DNA from: Candidatus Eiseniibacteriota bacterium
GTDB lineage: Bacteria > Eisenbacteria > RBG-16-71-46 > JABDJR01
NCBI GenBank assembly: GCA_963762255.1
Contig: CAVXKA010000002.1
Coordinates: 320,001 to 384,000, forward strand
Reading direction: 5' to 3'
Length of the DNA stretch: 64,000 bases
The notes under the pieces are model-generated. The model was not told the origin of the DNA. It ran no database searches and saw only the letters and a list, made by a program, of their open reading frames with translations. Below, in pieces: positions 39,791 to 49,300 of the stretch. A program made the position numbers and the translations under genes. How positions within the stretch are numbered: position 1 is the first letter of the stretch; every line of letters starts with the position of its first letter.

Positions 39791-40177
39791 CTAGTGCCCC
39801 TCCCCCACGTGGCCGCGGTAGGCGTCGGCGTCCATGAGCTTGGCCACTTCGGCGGGATCGGCGACCTCGAGCTTGATCATCCAGCCGTCGACGTACGGAG
39901 ACTTGTTGACCTGCTCCGGCTTGTCGGCCAGGGCGGCGTTCACTTCGATCACCTTTCCCCCCACCGGGGCGAAGAGATCGCTCACCGTCTTCACCGCTTC
40001 GATGGTGCCGAAGCTCGCGCCCTGCGCGACCTCGGAACCCACCTGCGGCAACTCGATGAACACGATGTCCCCCAGTTCGCCCTGGGCGTAGTCGGTGATC
40101 CCCACCACCGCGGTCTTCCCAGTCACCCGCACCCACTCGTGATCCTCGGTGTACTTCAGTTCCTTGGGCGTTTCCAT
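39791..40177 (-). CDS. gcvH: Glycine cleavage system H protein
   Basis: YTEDHEW, GITDYAQ, EAVKTVSD (lipoyl Lys). Confidence 0.97.
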   Translation of the reverse strand: METPKELKYTEDHEWVRVTGKTAVVGITDYAQGELGDIVFIELPQVGSEVAQGASFGTIEAVKTVSDLFAPVGGKVIEVNAALADKPEQVNKSPYVDGWMIKLEVADPAEVAKLMDADAYRGHVGEGH

Positions 40178-40214
40178 GTCGTCCTCCCGGCCGCGGCCGG
40201 ATGCTCGTCCACCC

Positions 40215-41339
40215 TCACTTCACGGGCGCCTTGCGGCTCCCCTTCGTATAAAACGGAAACCGCGCCACCGCCGCCGGCTCTACCCGGCCGCGGATGTCCA
40301 CGCCGACCACTTGCCCCGGCTCGGCGTGCTTCACCTGCACGTACCCCATGCCGAGACCCTGTTCCAGCGAGGGCGCGAAGGTCCCACTGGTCACTTGCCC
40401 GATCGGTGCTCCCGCGTCCACCAGCGGGTACCCCTTGCGCGGGATGCACCGAGGGCTCTGCGGCACCAGACCGACCAGGCGGCGGCTCACGCCGCGATCC
40501 TTCTGCTTCACCAGCGCCTCGCGGCCGATGAAGCTCTCCTTGTTGAGCTTCACCGTCCACGACAGCCCCGCCTCCAGCGGCGTGGTGAAGTCGTCGATAT
40601 CGTTTCCATAGAGGCAGTAGCCCATCTCGAATCGCAGGGTGTCGCGCGCGGCGAGGCCGATGGGGACGATGCCGACGCCCTTTCCCTCCTCCATCAGGCG
40701 ATCCCAGAGATCGGCGGCCCAGCGCGCGGGCACGTAGAGTTCGAAACCGTCCTCACCGGTGTAGCCGGTGCGGGAGATGAGGACTTCGATCCCGCACACC
40801 TCGCCCCACTGCGCCGTGTAGGTCCCCATCGGATCGAGCGCTGTCTCCGTAAGGCGCTGAAGGAACGGTTGGGTCCCCGGGCCCTGCACCGCGAGCAACG
40901 CGGTGTCGTCAGACTCGTTGCGGAACTTCACGCCGGCGGGAAGATGCGCCTGCACCCAGGCTTCATCCTTGTCGATGTTGGCTCCGTTCACCACGAGCAG
41001 CACCGAGTCTTCCAGGCGGTAGACGATGAGATCGTCCACGATGCCGCCGTCCTCCCGGCACATCGGGGAGTAGACCGCCTGCCCCACCGGAATGTCGGCG
41101 ATCTTGTTGGTGACGAGACGGTCGGCCGCCTCGAGCGCACGCGCTCCGGTGAGCCGGAACTCTCCCATGTGGGAGAGGTCGAATATGCCGATGCCCTTGC
41201 GCACGGCCTCGTGCTCCGCAATCTGTCCGGAGTACTGGAGGGGCATCAAGTAGCCCGCGAAGGGAACGATCTTCGCCGCCAGGGCGAGGTGTTGATCGTA
41301 CAGGGGGGTCTTTTTCGCTTCGGTCTCTGCCGTCGCCAT
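40215..41339 (-). CDS. gcvT: Glycine cleavage system aminomethyltransferase
   Basis: KTPLY, FDLSHMG, SRTGYTGEDGFE, ARDTLRFEMG. GGAG RBS before ATG 41339. Confidence 0.97.
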   Translation of the reverse strand: MATAETEAKKTPLYDQHLALAAKIVPFAGYLMPLQYSGQIAEHEAVRKGIGIFDLSHMGEFRLTGARALEAADRLVTNKIADIPVGQAVYSPMCREDGGIVDDLIVYRLEDSVLLVVNGANIDKDEAWVQAHLPAGVKFRNESDDTALLAVQGPGTQPFLQRLTETALDPMGTYTAQWGEVCGIEVLISRTGYTGEDGFELYVPARWAADLWDRLMEEGKGVGIVPIGLAARDTLRFEMGYCLYGNDIDDFTTPLEAGLSWTVKLNKESFIGREALVKQKDRGVSRRLVGLVPQSPRCIPRKGYPLVDAGAPIGQVTSGTFAPSLEQGLGMGYVQVKHAEPGQVVGVDIRGRVEPAAVARFPFYTKGSRKAPVK

Positions 41340-41479
41340 GGATGCTCCATTGACCGCGAGGCCGTCGGAGCGAGGCAGAAGCTCCTCAGATCCTGCAGTT
41401 CCGTGTATCACGCGTTGTTCTTGGGGGCGGGCTCTTTGGACGAAAACCGACGCATGGTATCACAGGGGTCCGAGGGTGA

Positions 41480-41595
41480 GTAGCAGTCGGGGAGCCGCTT
41501 CCGCGGCTCCCCGATGCAGTCGAACATGAACCCCCCGCGCTTTGGGGGGTAGTTATCGGGGAGCCGCTTCCGCGGCTCCCCGATGCTATCGAACA
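41480..41595. repeat. Two direct copies (41480-41526 and 41549-41595) of a 47-bp GTAG-initiated palindromic REP-like element
   Basis: GTAG-NNN-TCGGGGAGCCGC-TTCC-GCGGCTCCCCGA-TGCnnTCGAACA occurs twice with a 69-bp period. Confidence 0.85.
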
Positions 41596-41627
41596 GAGCG
41601 GGCGTCGCGTCACCGCGCGACGCGTGC

Positions 41628-43280
41628 TTATCCGCGCTTTTTGCGCGATGCCTTTCGCACAGCGCGCGGTGCGGGCACGGTCGCTGCCGGCTTCGCTGCA
41701 CCGACGTTGCTGGCGGGCAGGGAGCGCAGCGAAGTCCGCGGCCCAGGCTTCGGTCCCTGGCCCGCGGGCTTCTTCCAACGGGTCAGGAACTCGGCGAGGA
41801 GCCGCACTCCGGCCCCGGTGCCGCCCAGCCCCATGATCGGACCCGGCTTCTCGTTCCAGGCCGTCCCCGCGATATCGAGATGAGCCCAGCGGTAGCCGTT
41901 GGTGAAGGCGCCCAGGAATGCCGCCGCAGTGATCGCGCCGCCGGGGCGACCGGCCGTGTTCTTGATGTCGGCGACGTCGCTCTTGACCATGTCGCGGTAT
42001 TCCGGCCAGAGAGGGAGCGGCCACGCGCGATCGCCGGAGGCCTCAGCCGCCTTGTACACCTCGTCCAGGAGCCACTCGTCGTTGGCCAGGACCCCGGACG
42101 CGGAGGAACCGAGCGCAATCACGCACGCTCCGGTGAGCGTCGCGAGATCGATCACGGCGTCCGGCTTGAACCGCTCGGCGTAGGCGAGAGCGTCGCAGAG
42201 GATGAGCCGTCCCTCGGCGTCGGTGTTCTTCACCTCGATCGTGACTCCGGCCATCGACGTCAGGATGTCGCCCGGCTTGTAGGCATCGCCATCGGGCATG
42301 TTGAACGCGGCGGGAACGATGCCGACGACCCGCAGCGGGATCTTGTTCTCGGCCACGAACCGCATGGTTCCCAGGACCGCCGCGCCGCCGCCCATGTCGA
42401 ACTTCATGAGCTCCATCGCCTCTCCCGGCTTGAGAGAGATGCCGCCGGTGTCGAAGGTGATGGCTTTCCCCACCAGGCACACCGTGCCGCGGGAGCGCGC
42501 CGGCTCGTGTTCCATGATGATGAACTTGGGCGGTGCGGCCGCGCCGCGCGCGACTCCGAGGAAGGCGCCCATGCCCAGCTTCTCGCAGTCCGCCTTCTCC
42601 AGCACCTTCACCTTGAAGCCGAACTGCCGGCCCAGACGCTTGGCGGTCTCCGCCAAATACGCGGGGGTGACTTCATTGCTGGGGCCGTTGCCGAGCTCGC
42701 GGGCCTCGTTGACCGCGTTCCCGATGCTCAGCCCAAGCGCGGCGCCCTCGCGGATCGCCTTCACCTTGGACGCCAGCTTCTCCACCACGGTCAGTTGCTC
42801 GAGCAGGAGCGGCTCCGCGCGACCGTCGCGGAAGTAGTTGTCGTAGCGGTAGAGCCCGTAGAGGAGCCCCTCGATGAGAGCCTGCGATACCTCGCGCGCG
42901 GGCTTGCCCGACTCGCCGCCATGCAGCACGGTGGCCGCCCGCTTCACCTTGAGCTTGCGGAGCACGCCGGCGAGGGTCCCGCCGAGCCGGCGAATCCCCT
43001 CGAGATCGAGCGCGTCCGCCTTGCCCAACCCCATCACCACCACGCGCTCCGGGACGCCCCGTCCCGAGACCGCGGGATAGAGAACCATGGCCTCCCCCGC
43101 CGATCCCTTGAAGTCGCCGGACGCGAGGGCGCGGGCGATGACTCCGCCCGCCGCGGCGTCCACCGCCGCGGTGGCCCCCGTCGGGTTCTTCGCCCCTTCG
43201 TAGAGGTTCACCACGACCACGGGACCACCGACATGCGCGATGTCCCCCTGCTCCACGCTCAGCTTGAACTTAACTTCCAT
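41628..43280 (-). CDS. pepA: Leucyl aminopeptidase (M17)
   Basis: GKAITFDTGG, MKFDMGG, NTDAEGRL, DLATLTGA, HLDIAG. Start MEVKF after GAGGAGG. Confidence 0.95.
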   Translation of the reverse strand: MEVKFKLSVEQGDIAHVGGPVVVVNLYEGAKNPTGATAAVDAAAGGVIARALASGDFKGSAGEAMVLYPAVSGRGVPERVVVMGLGKADALDLEGIRRLGGTLAGVLRKLKVKRAATVLHGGESGKPAREVSQALIEGLLYGLYRYDNYFRDGRAEPLLLEQLTVVEKLASKVKAIREGAALGLSIGNAVNEARELGNGPSNEVTPAYLAETAKRLGRQFGFKVKVLEKADCEKLGMGAFLGVARGAAAPPKFIIMEHEPARSRGTVCLVGKAITFDTGGISLKPGEAMELMKFDMGGGAAVLGTMRFVAENKIPLRVVGIVPAAFNMPDGDAYKPGDILTSMAGVTIEVKNTDAEGRLILCDALAYAERFKPDAVIDLATLTGACVIALGSSASGVLANDEWLLDEVYKAAEASGDRAWPLPLWPEYRDMVKSDVADIKNTAGRPGGAITAAAFLGAFTNGYRWAHLDIAGTAWNEKPGPIMGLGGTGAGVRLLAEFLTRWKKPAGQGPKPGPRTSLRSLPASNVGAAKPAATVPAPRAVRKASRKKRG

Positions 43281-46164
43281 CGCCTCCTCCTCGGGGCCGG
43301 CGCCGTGCGCGCCCCTCTGTGACCTGGGTCTTCCCGCGCGGCCGTGCCGCCGAACCGAACTCCTCCGCCAACGCGCGCCCGGTGTGGGAGGCCGCGGCCT
43401 TCGCGATCTCCTCGGGCGTTCCTTGAGCCACCACGCGCCCACCGCCGTCCCCGCCTTCGGGTCCGAGGTCGATGATGTGGTCGGCCGTCTTGATCACGTC
43501 CAGGTTATGCTCGATGACCACCACCGTATTGCCTCGATCCACGAGGCGATTCAACACCGCGAGAAGCTGGCGCACATCGTGAATGTGAAGCCCGGTGGTG
43601 GGCTCGTCGAGAATGTAAAGCGTCTTTCCCGTAGCGACCTTGGCCAGCTCCGAGGAGAGCTTCATGCGCTGCGCCTCGCCTCCGGAGAGGGTCGTGGCCG
43701 GCTGGCCCAGGTGAATGTAGCCCAAACCCACCCCTTGCAACACGTCCAACCGCCGGCGCACGGTGGGGATCGCGGCCAGGAACTCCGCCGCCTCGTCCAC
43801 CGTCATTTCCAGCACGTCATGCACGGTCTTGCCCTTGAACGTGATCTCCAGGGTTTCGCGATTGTACCGTCTCCCGTGACAACTGTCGCATCGCACGTAC
43901 ACATCGGGGAGGAAGTGCATCTCGATCTTCACGACCCCGTCCCCCGCGCAGGCTTCGCAGCGCCCCCCCTTCACGTTGAACGAGAACCGACCCGGCTTGT
44001 ACCCCCGCACCTTGGCCTCGGGAAGCTCCGCGAACAGGCTGCGGATCTCGGTGAAAATTCCGGTGTACGTCGCGGGATTGGAGCGCGGCGTGCGCCCGAT
44101 CGGGGATTGATCGATCTCCACTACCTTGTCGAGGTGCTGGAGCCCTTCGAGGCGCAGGTGGCGCCCCGCGGGCTCGGAGCCGGAGTGGAAGTGCCGCGCC
44201 GTCGCACGGAACAGGATGTCATTTACAAGCGTGCTCTTGCCCGAGCCGCTCACCCCGGTCACGCAGGTGAACACGCCGAGGGGAAAGTCCACGTCGATCT
44301 TCTTGAGGTTGTTGGCGGCGGCTTCGCGCACCACCAGTGACTTGCCATGCCCCGAGCGCCGTGCGGCGGGAAGCGGGATGGCGTCCCGTCGCGAGAGATA
44401 CCGGCCGGTGAGCGAGGTCGGGTGCGTCTCGATTTCGGCGGGAGTGCCTTCGGCGACCACTTCGCCCCCGAGCTTCCCCGCCCCGGGACCGAGATCCACG
44501 ATCCAGTCCGCCGCGCGCATGGTGTCGAGGTCATGCTCGACCACGAGCACCGTGTTTCCCAGATCCCGCATGGCGAGCAGGGTGCGCAGCAGCCGCTGGT
44601 TGTCGCGATGGTGGAGCCCGATCGAGGGCTCGTCGAGAACATAGAGCACTCCCATGAGGCGCGAGCCGACCTGGGTGGCGAGGCGGATGCGCTGGGCCTC
44701 GCCGCCGGAGAGCGTCGACGCGTTGCGGTCCAGCGTCAGGTACTCGAGCCCCACGTCGGCCATGAACCGCAGGCGCTGGCGGATCTCCTTGAGCACCTGC
44801 ACGCCGATCTTCGCCTCGCGCTCGGTGAGCTGGAGCGTGTCCACCCACGCGATCGCATCCTGGACCGCGAGCCGCACCACGTCGTGGATGGAGCGCTCGT
44901 GCACGCGAACGGCCAGGGTCTCCGGCTTGAGGCGTGCGCCGCCGCATGCGCGGCAATCGGTGGAGGCCATGTAGGCCTGGACCTGTTCGCGAACGAGTTC
45001 GCTCGTGGACTCGCGGTAGCGGCGCATGAGACCGGGGATGACCCCGCGCCACTCCTTCTTGTACTTCATGCTGAAGCGCGAGTCCTGATACTGGACGTCG
45101 ATCTCCTTGCCGCCCGCGCCCTGGAGCACCACCTGCCGGACTTTGGCCGGCAGCTTCTTCCACGGCGCGTCGAGGTCGATCCGATATGCCTTGGCCAGGG
45201 CCTTGATCTGCGAACCGAGCCAGAGAGAATCGACGCGGGTACCGTACGGGGCGATCGCGCCCTCGTTGATCGAGAGATCCGGGTTGGGGACGACGCGCTC
45301 GGGATCGATCTCCATCCGCGTCCCCAGACCGTCGCACTCGGGGCACGCGCCGTAGGGAGAGTTGAAGGAGAACATGCGCGGCTCGAGATCGGGATAGGAG
45401 AGACCGCAGGCCACGCACACCGCGTGCTCGTTCAGCACGCGGTCCTCCGCGCCGTCCACGACGACGGTGACCAGTCCACCCGAGAGCCCGAGGGCGGTCT
45501 CGATGGAGTCGGTGAGGCGCTGGCGTTGAGCGGCGTCGGGCTTGAGCCGGTCCACGACGATCTCGATGGTGTGCTTGCGCTTCTTGTCGAGCGCGGGGGC
45601 GGACTCGATCTCGACCCACGCGCCGTCGATGCGCGCGCGCAAGAACCCCTCGCGCTTCAGCTCGGCCAGCTCGGCGCGATACTCCCCTTTCCGTCCCCTC
45701 AGGATGGGAGCGAGGACTTGCGTGCGTTTGCCGGCGGCGGAGGCGAGTACGCCGTCGGCCATCTCTTGGACGGTCTGCCGGCTGATGGGGCGGTCGCACC
45801 GCGTGCAAAACTGCTTGCCCACCCGGGCGAAGAGCAGCCGGAGGTAGTCGTAGATTTCGGTGGCGGTGGCCACGGTGGAGCGGGGGTTGCGGGCGGCGGT
45901 GCGCTGCTCGATGGAGATGGCGGGCGAGAGGCCGTCGATGTGGTCGACGTCCGGCTTCTCCATCTGGCCGAGGAACTGCCGAGCGTAGGCGGAAAGGCTC
46001 TCCACGTAGCGCCGTTGCCCCTCGGCGTAGATGGTGTCGAACGCCAGGCTCGACTTGCCCGAGCCGCTCACCCCGGTGATTACCACCAGCCGGTCGCGGG
46101 GAATCTCCAGGGAGATGTTCTTGAGGTTGTGCTCGCGGGCTCCGCGAATGGAGATGGTCGCCAT
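43270..46164 (-). CDS. uvrA: Excinuclease ABC subunit A
   Basis: [10 protein letters not shown], two GVSGSGKS motifs, two LSGGEAQR motifs, zinc-finger CxxC pairs. Confidence 0.98.
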   Translation of the reverse strand: MATISIRGAREHNLKNISLEIPRDRLVVITGVSGSGKSSLAFDTIYAEGQRRYVESLSAYARQFLGQMEKPDVDHIDGLSPAISIEQRTAARNPRSTVATATEIYDYLRLLFARVGKQFCTRCDRPISRQTVQEMADGVLASAAGKRTQVLAPILRGRKGEYRAELAELKREGFLRARIDGAWVEIESAPALDKKRKHTIEIVVDRLKPDAAQRQRLTDSIETALGLSGGLVTVVVDGAEDRVLNEHAVCVACGLSYPDLEPRMFSFNSPYGACPECDGLGTRMEIDPERVVPNPDLSINEGAIAPYGTRVDSLWLGSQIKALAKAYRIDLDAPWKKLPAKVRQVVLQGAGGKEIDVQYQDSRFSMKYKKEWRGVIPGLMRRYRESTSELVREQVQAYMASTDCRACGGARLKPETLAVRVHERSIHDVVRLAVQDAIAWVDTLQLTEREAKIGVQVLKEIRQRLRFMADVGLEYLTLDRNASTLSGGEAQRIRLATQVGSRLMGVLYVLDEPSIGLHHRDNQRLLRTLLAMRDLGNTVLVVEHDLDTMRAADWIVDLGPGAGKLGGEVVAEGTPAEIETHPTSLTGRYLSRRDAIPLPAARRSGHGKSLVVREAAANNLKKIDVDFPLGVFTCVTGVSGSGKSTLVNDILFRATARHFHSGSEPAGRHLRLEGLQHLDKVVEIDQSPIGRTPRSNPATYTGIFTEIRSLFAELPEAKVRGYKPGRFSFNVKGGRCEACAGDGVVKIEMHFLPDVYVRCDSCHGRRYNRETLEITFKGKTVHDVLEMTVDEAAEFLAAIPTVRRRLDVLQGVGLGYIHLGQPATTLSGGEAQRMKLSSELAKVATGKTLYILDEPTTGLHIHDVRQLLAVLNRLVDRGNTVVVIEHNLDVIKTADHIIDLGPEGGDGGGRVVAQGTPEEIAKAAASHTGRALAEEFGSAARPRGKTQVTEGRARRRPRGGGDGS

Positions 46165-46204
46165 GGTTCTGCCTGGGGAAGGGGTCGGGAATGGAGAGCG
46201 ATAG

Positions 46205-46233
46205 AGGCTAGGACGCGTCCGGAGCGGTGTCAA
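46205..46233 (-). promoter_or_regulatory. uvrA promoter TTGACA-N17-TAGCCT
   Basis: Perfect -35 and 17-nt spacer, about 40 nt upstream of the ATG. Confidence 0.6.
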
Positions 46234-46250
46234 GGAAGCCCAACTGCTCG

Positions 46251-46279
46251 TTGACGCTCGCCATCTCGGGGCCTACCAT
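46251..46279 (+). promoter_or_regulatory. Promoter TTGACG-N17-TACCAT for the dikinase-like/maeB-like operon
   Basis: Hexamers with a 17-nt spacer, back-to-back with the uvrA promoter. Confidence 0.6.
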
Positions 46280-46326
46280 CGGCTCCGTACCGCCGGAGCG
46301 GATGCATCCCGCCACGGGGTTCGAGG

Positions 46327-49300
46327 GTGACTGAGAAACCGGGGCGGGAAACCGTCCCTTTGCACGCGCATCCGGGCACGGAACAGGCCGCCGTCGCCGG
46401 GCTCGTCGCATCGATCGTCGCGCAGTGCGCGGCGGCGATGGGCCGGCCCGAGCGCGTCGTCGAGGATTGCCGACGTCTCCGCGCGCTCCTCCCCGCTTCA
46501 CCCGCGGACTGGCCTCTCCCCGAGTTGGAGCCGCTCTTCCCTCTGCCGGCGGCCAAGTCCACCGAGTTCGCGGCGCCGGTCTGCGCGCTGATCGAGGAAG
46601 CGGCGGCCGCGATCGCCTCGCCGTGGCCCTTCTTCGACGCGCTTCTCGCCGCGCGCGACCCTGACCTCGCCGGCCGCGCCCTCGATCTCCTCGCCCGCCG
46701 CGCTCGAGACGCATCGCTGGCGATAGAACCCGAGCGGCTGCGCCGCCTTGCCGCGCGCGTCGAGGCCGAAGGCTCGCCGCTCGTCACGCCCTGCGCGCTC
46801 GACGCGCTGGGCGCGATCCTCGCCGCCGCCCGGCCCGCGCCGGCGCACGTCGCGGACGCCGCGCAAACGTTCTTCTTCGAAGCCGCCGACCCTCTCGTTC
46901 GCCGGCTTGCCGCGCGCGTGCTGGATCGATCGGGGGAACCCGCGCCGCGGGAGACCGCGATCCGTGCGCTGGGCGCCGAGGCGTTCGCGTTCCTCCACCC
47001 GTACCTCGAGTTCACGCGGGCCTCCCATCGCGATCTCCTGGAGCTCGCCTCGTCGCCGGGCGTGGTTCCCTCGCTCGCATCGCTCCAACGCGCGGAAGCG
47101 CTCGCCGGCGAGAGCGTGCTTCGCGAGGTGATCGCCCGGCTGGGCTGGCCGCACCTCAACCTGGGTCTCGAGGTCGATGCGCAGGTCGCGATCGCGCTCC
47201 CCGGCACCTTCCCGTTCCTGGTCGCCCGCGAGGAGGCGCCCTACTTCGCGGCGCTCGCGGGGGTCGAGCCGGTTCGGGAGTTGACGCTCTTCATCGCGCA
47301 CGGTGGGACGACCGGCGCCGAGGGCGCGACGGAGGATTCGGGAGGTACCGTCGCGCGCTTCCGCGGGTACAACCTCGCTCATGCCGAGGCGCTCGCCGAC
47401 ATCCTCGATCTCGCCCCGCTCACCCGCGAGAAGAGCGTGCGCATCCTCGACCGAATGGACCGCATCGTGGAGGACTTCACCGCCCTCTTCGCCCGTCACT
47501 CCGACGAGTGCGCGCGGCTCCCCGATGCGTATCGCGAACTGCGCGGCCGCGTGACGGCGGAGCTCGATCGCGACGACGGCGATACGACGCTGTCCACCGA
47601 GCTGACCCGCCTCGTGCAGATGTTCGAGGATCCGCGCTCGCTCGACGAGGTGCGCACGCTCCACGGTCTCAAGCGATACCTGCACCAGCGGGGTTTGCGA
47701 CTGGGCTTCCGATTGGTGGAGACCTCCCGGGCGACCAATCGCAGGGTCCACATCCTCCTTGCCGACCCGGACGGGCTGCGCCGCGAGTGTCCCGAGATTC
47801 GATACGTGGATTTCGAGCCGCCGGTCTCCGAGGGAGAATCGCAGATTCCGTTTCCGGTGCGCGTGGCGGTAGAAGGGTTCTCGCGACAGCTCATGCGCGG
47901 TCAGAGCGCGTTTCCGGGGCTTAGCGTGTTCTGCTACGGAAACGAGGTGCACTACTACCTCGCCTTCGGCAATCACCCGGCGTTCCTGCGCATCGACTAC
48001 TCCCCGCCTCTCCAGGGAGGCATGATCGATCTCGAGTACTTCGGGGTCAGCAAGTCCGAGCTCAATCAGCATCCCGATCCGGAACTCACCGCGCTGCGGG
48101 CCTGCTTTCGCCGCCTCGACTTCGATGTGCAGGTGGAGAGCACCCACGTGCGGGCGCGCTACGACAAGGAGCGGGCCCTCGACCTGGGGGCGATCTGCGA
48201 GAAGGCGGGCGCGCTCTTCCGCCTCGCCCCTCACCTCATGGACGTGGATTGGGCGGTGGGAGGACTGCGTCTGTCGGCGGACGCGCGCGGCAAGGTCGCC
48301 GAGGCCTGGGCCGACTTCCTGGCTCGCTGGGGAAGCCTGCCCAGCGATCGTTTCCTGACCGGCGACCGCCAAGGGATTCTGGTGGGCTTGGTGCGCGCGC
48401 CGGGGGGCCCGCGGGAGCTGGTGTGGAGCGGCGAAGGCGCGTACCAGGACCGCTTCTCGTCCCCTTTCCCCCCCGAGGCCTGGGCGCGGTGGCAGGAAGC
48501 GATCCGCGGGTTGGGGTTGGAGAGGCCGGTATCGGTCCCTGATGTCGATCGGCGCTACGCGCAACTCCGGTTCGAGCACGAGTTCCTGACCCCGCTGCGC
48601 GCGGCGAAGGCGCGCGGGCAGATCGTCGCCGAGGAGGGTACCCATCGCCGCGCCGCGGCCGACCGTTTCCGCCTCGAGCACGAGGCCGAGATCTTCGCTC
48701 GCCTTCTCGCCGGGCCCTCGGCGGCGCTCACCGGCGCGATCGCGCTGGCGCGCCTGGTGAGCCCCCTCGAGCGCACCCTGCGCTTCCAGACCACCGGCGT
48801 GGTCAACGGCCATGAGGTGCAGCGCGCGCGGCTTCCGCTGCGAGGGGAGGACATCGGCCTGTTCGTGCTGCGCGGACCGCGCGGCATCATCCGCCTCGCG
48901 CTCTACTCGCGCGACGGCGTCCTCTGGAGCCGCCGCGAGGACGCCGGCTCACCCTGGACCTTCAGCGGAGAAACCGATGCCGCGGTCCTCGCCGCGCTCC
49001 TTCGCGCGAACGGCTATCCGCCGCTCCCGTTCGATGGAAGCGCCGTGGACGCGGAAGACACCGAGGATCTCCGCCGGCGCCTGCGCCGGCTGGACCCGGC
49101 CCCGCGCCTGCGAAGCCTCTCCGGCGAGCGCGTGGTCACCGGTCTTCGCGCCTCTCCCGGACGCGCGGTCGGACCCGCGCGGCTTGGGATGGGCGGCCGC
49201 TCCCCCCGCGATTTCGCGGGCGCCATCCTCGTCACCCCGCGCGTGGGCCCCGAGGACAACGCGTTCCTCTTCAGCGCCGCCGCCATCGTCTCGACCGGAG

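Noticed and set aside
41480-41595. Mini CRISPR array
   Set aside because: Only two units, a 22-bp self-complementary spacer and no cas genes. REP-like is a better fit.
41340-41627. Glycine riboswitch upstream of gcvT
   Set aside because: No GGAGA/CCGAAG/CTCTCAGG aptamer motifs were seen. The tandem element is a perfect palindrome instead.
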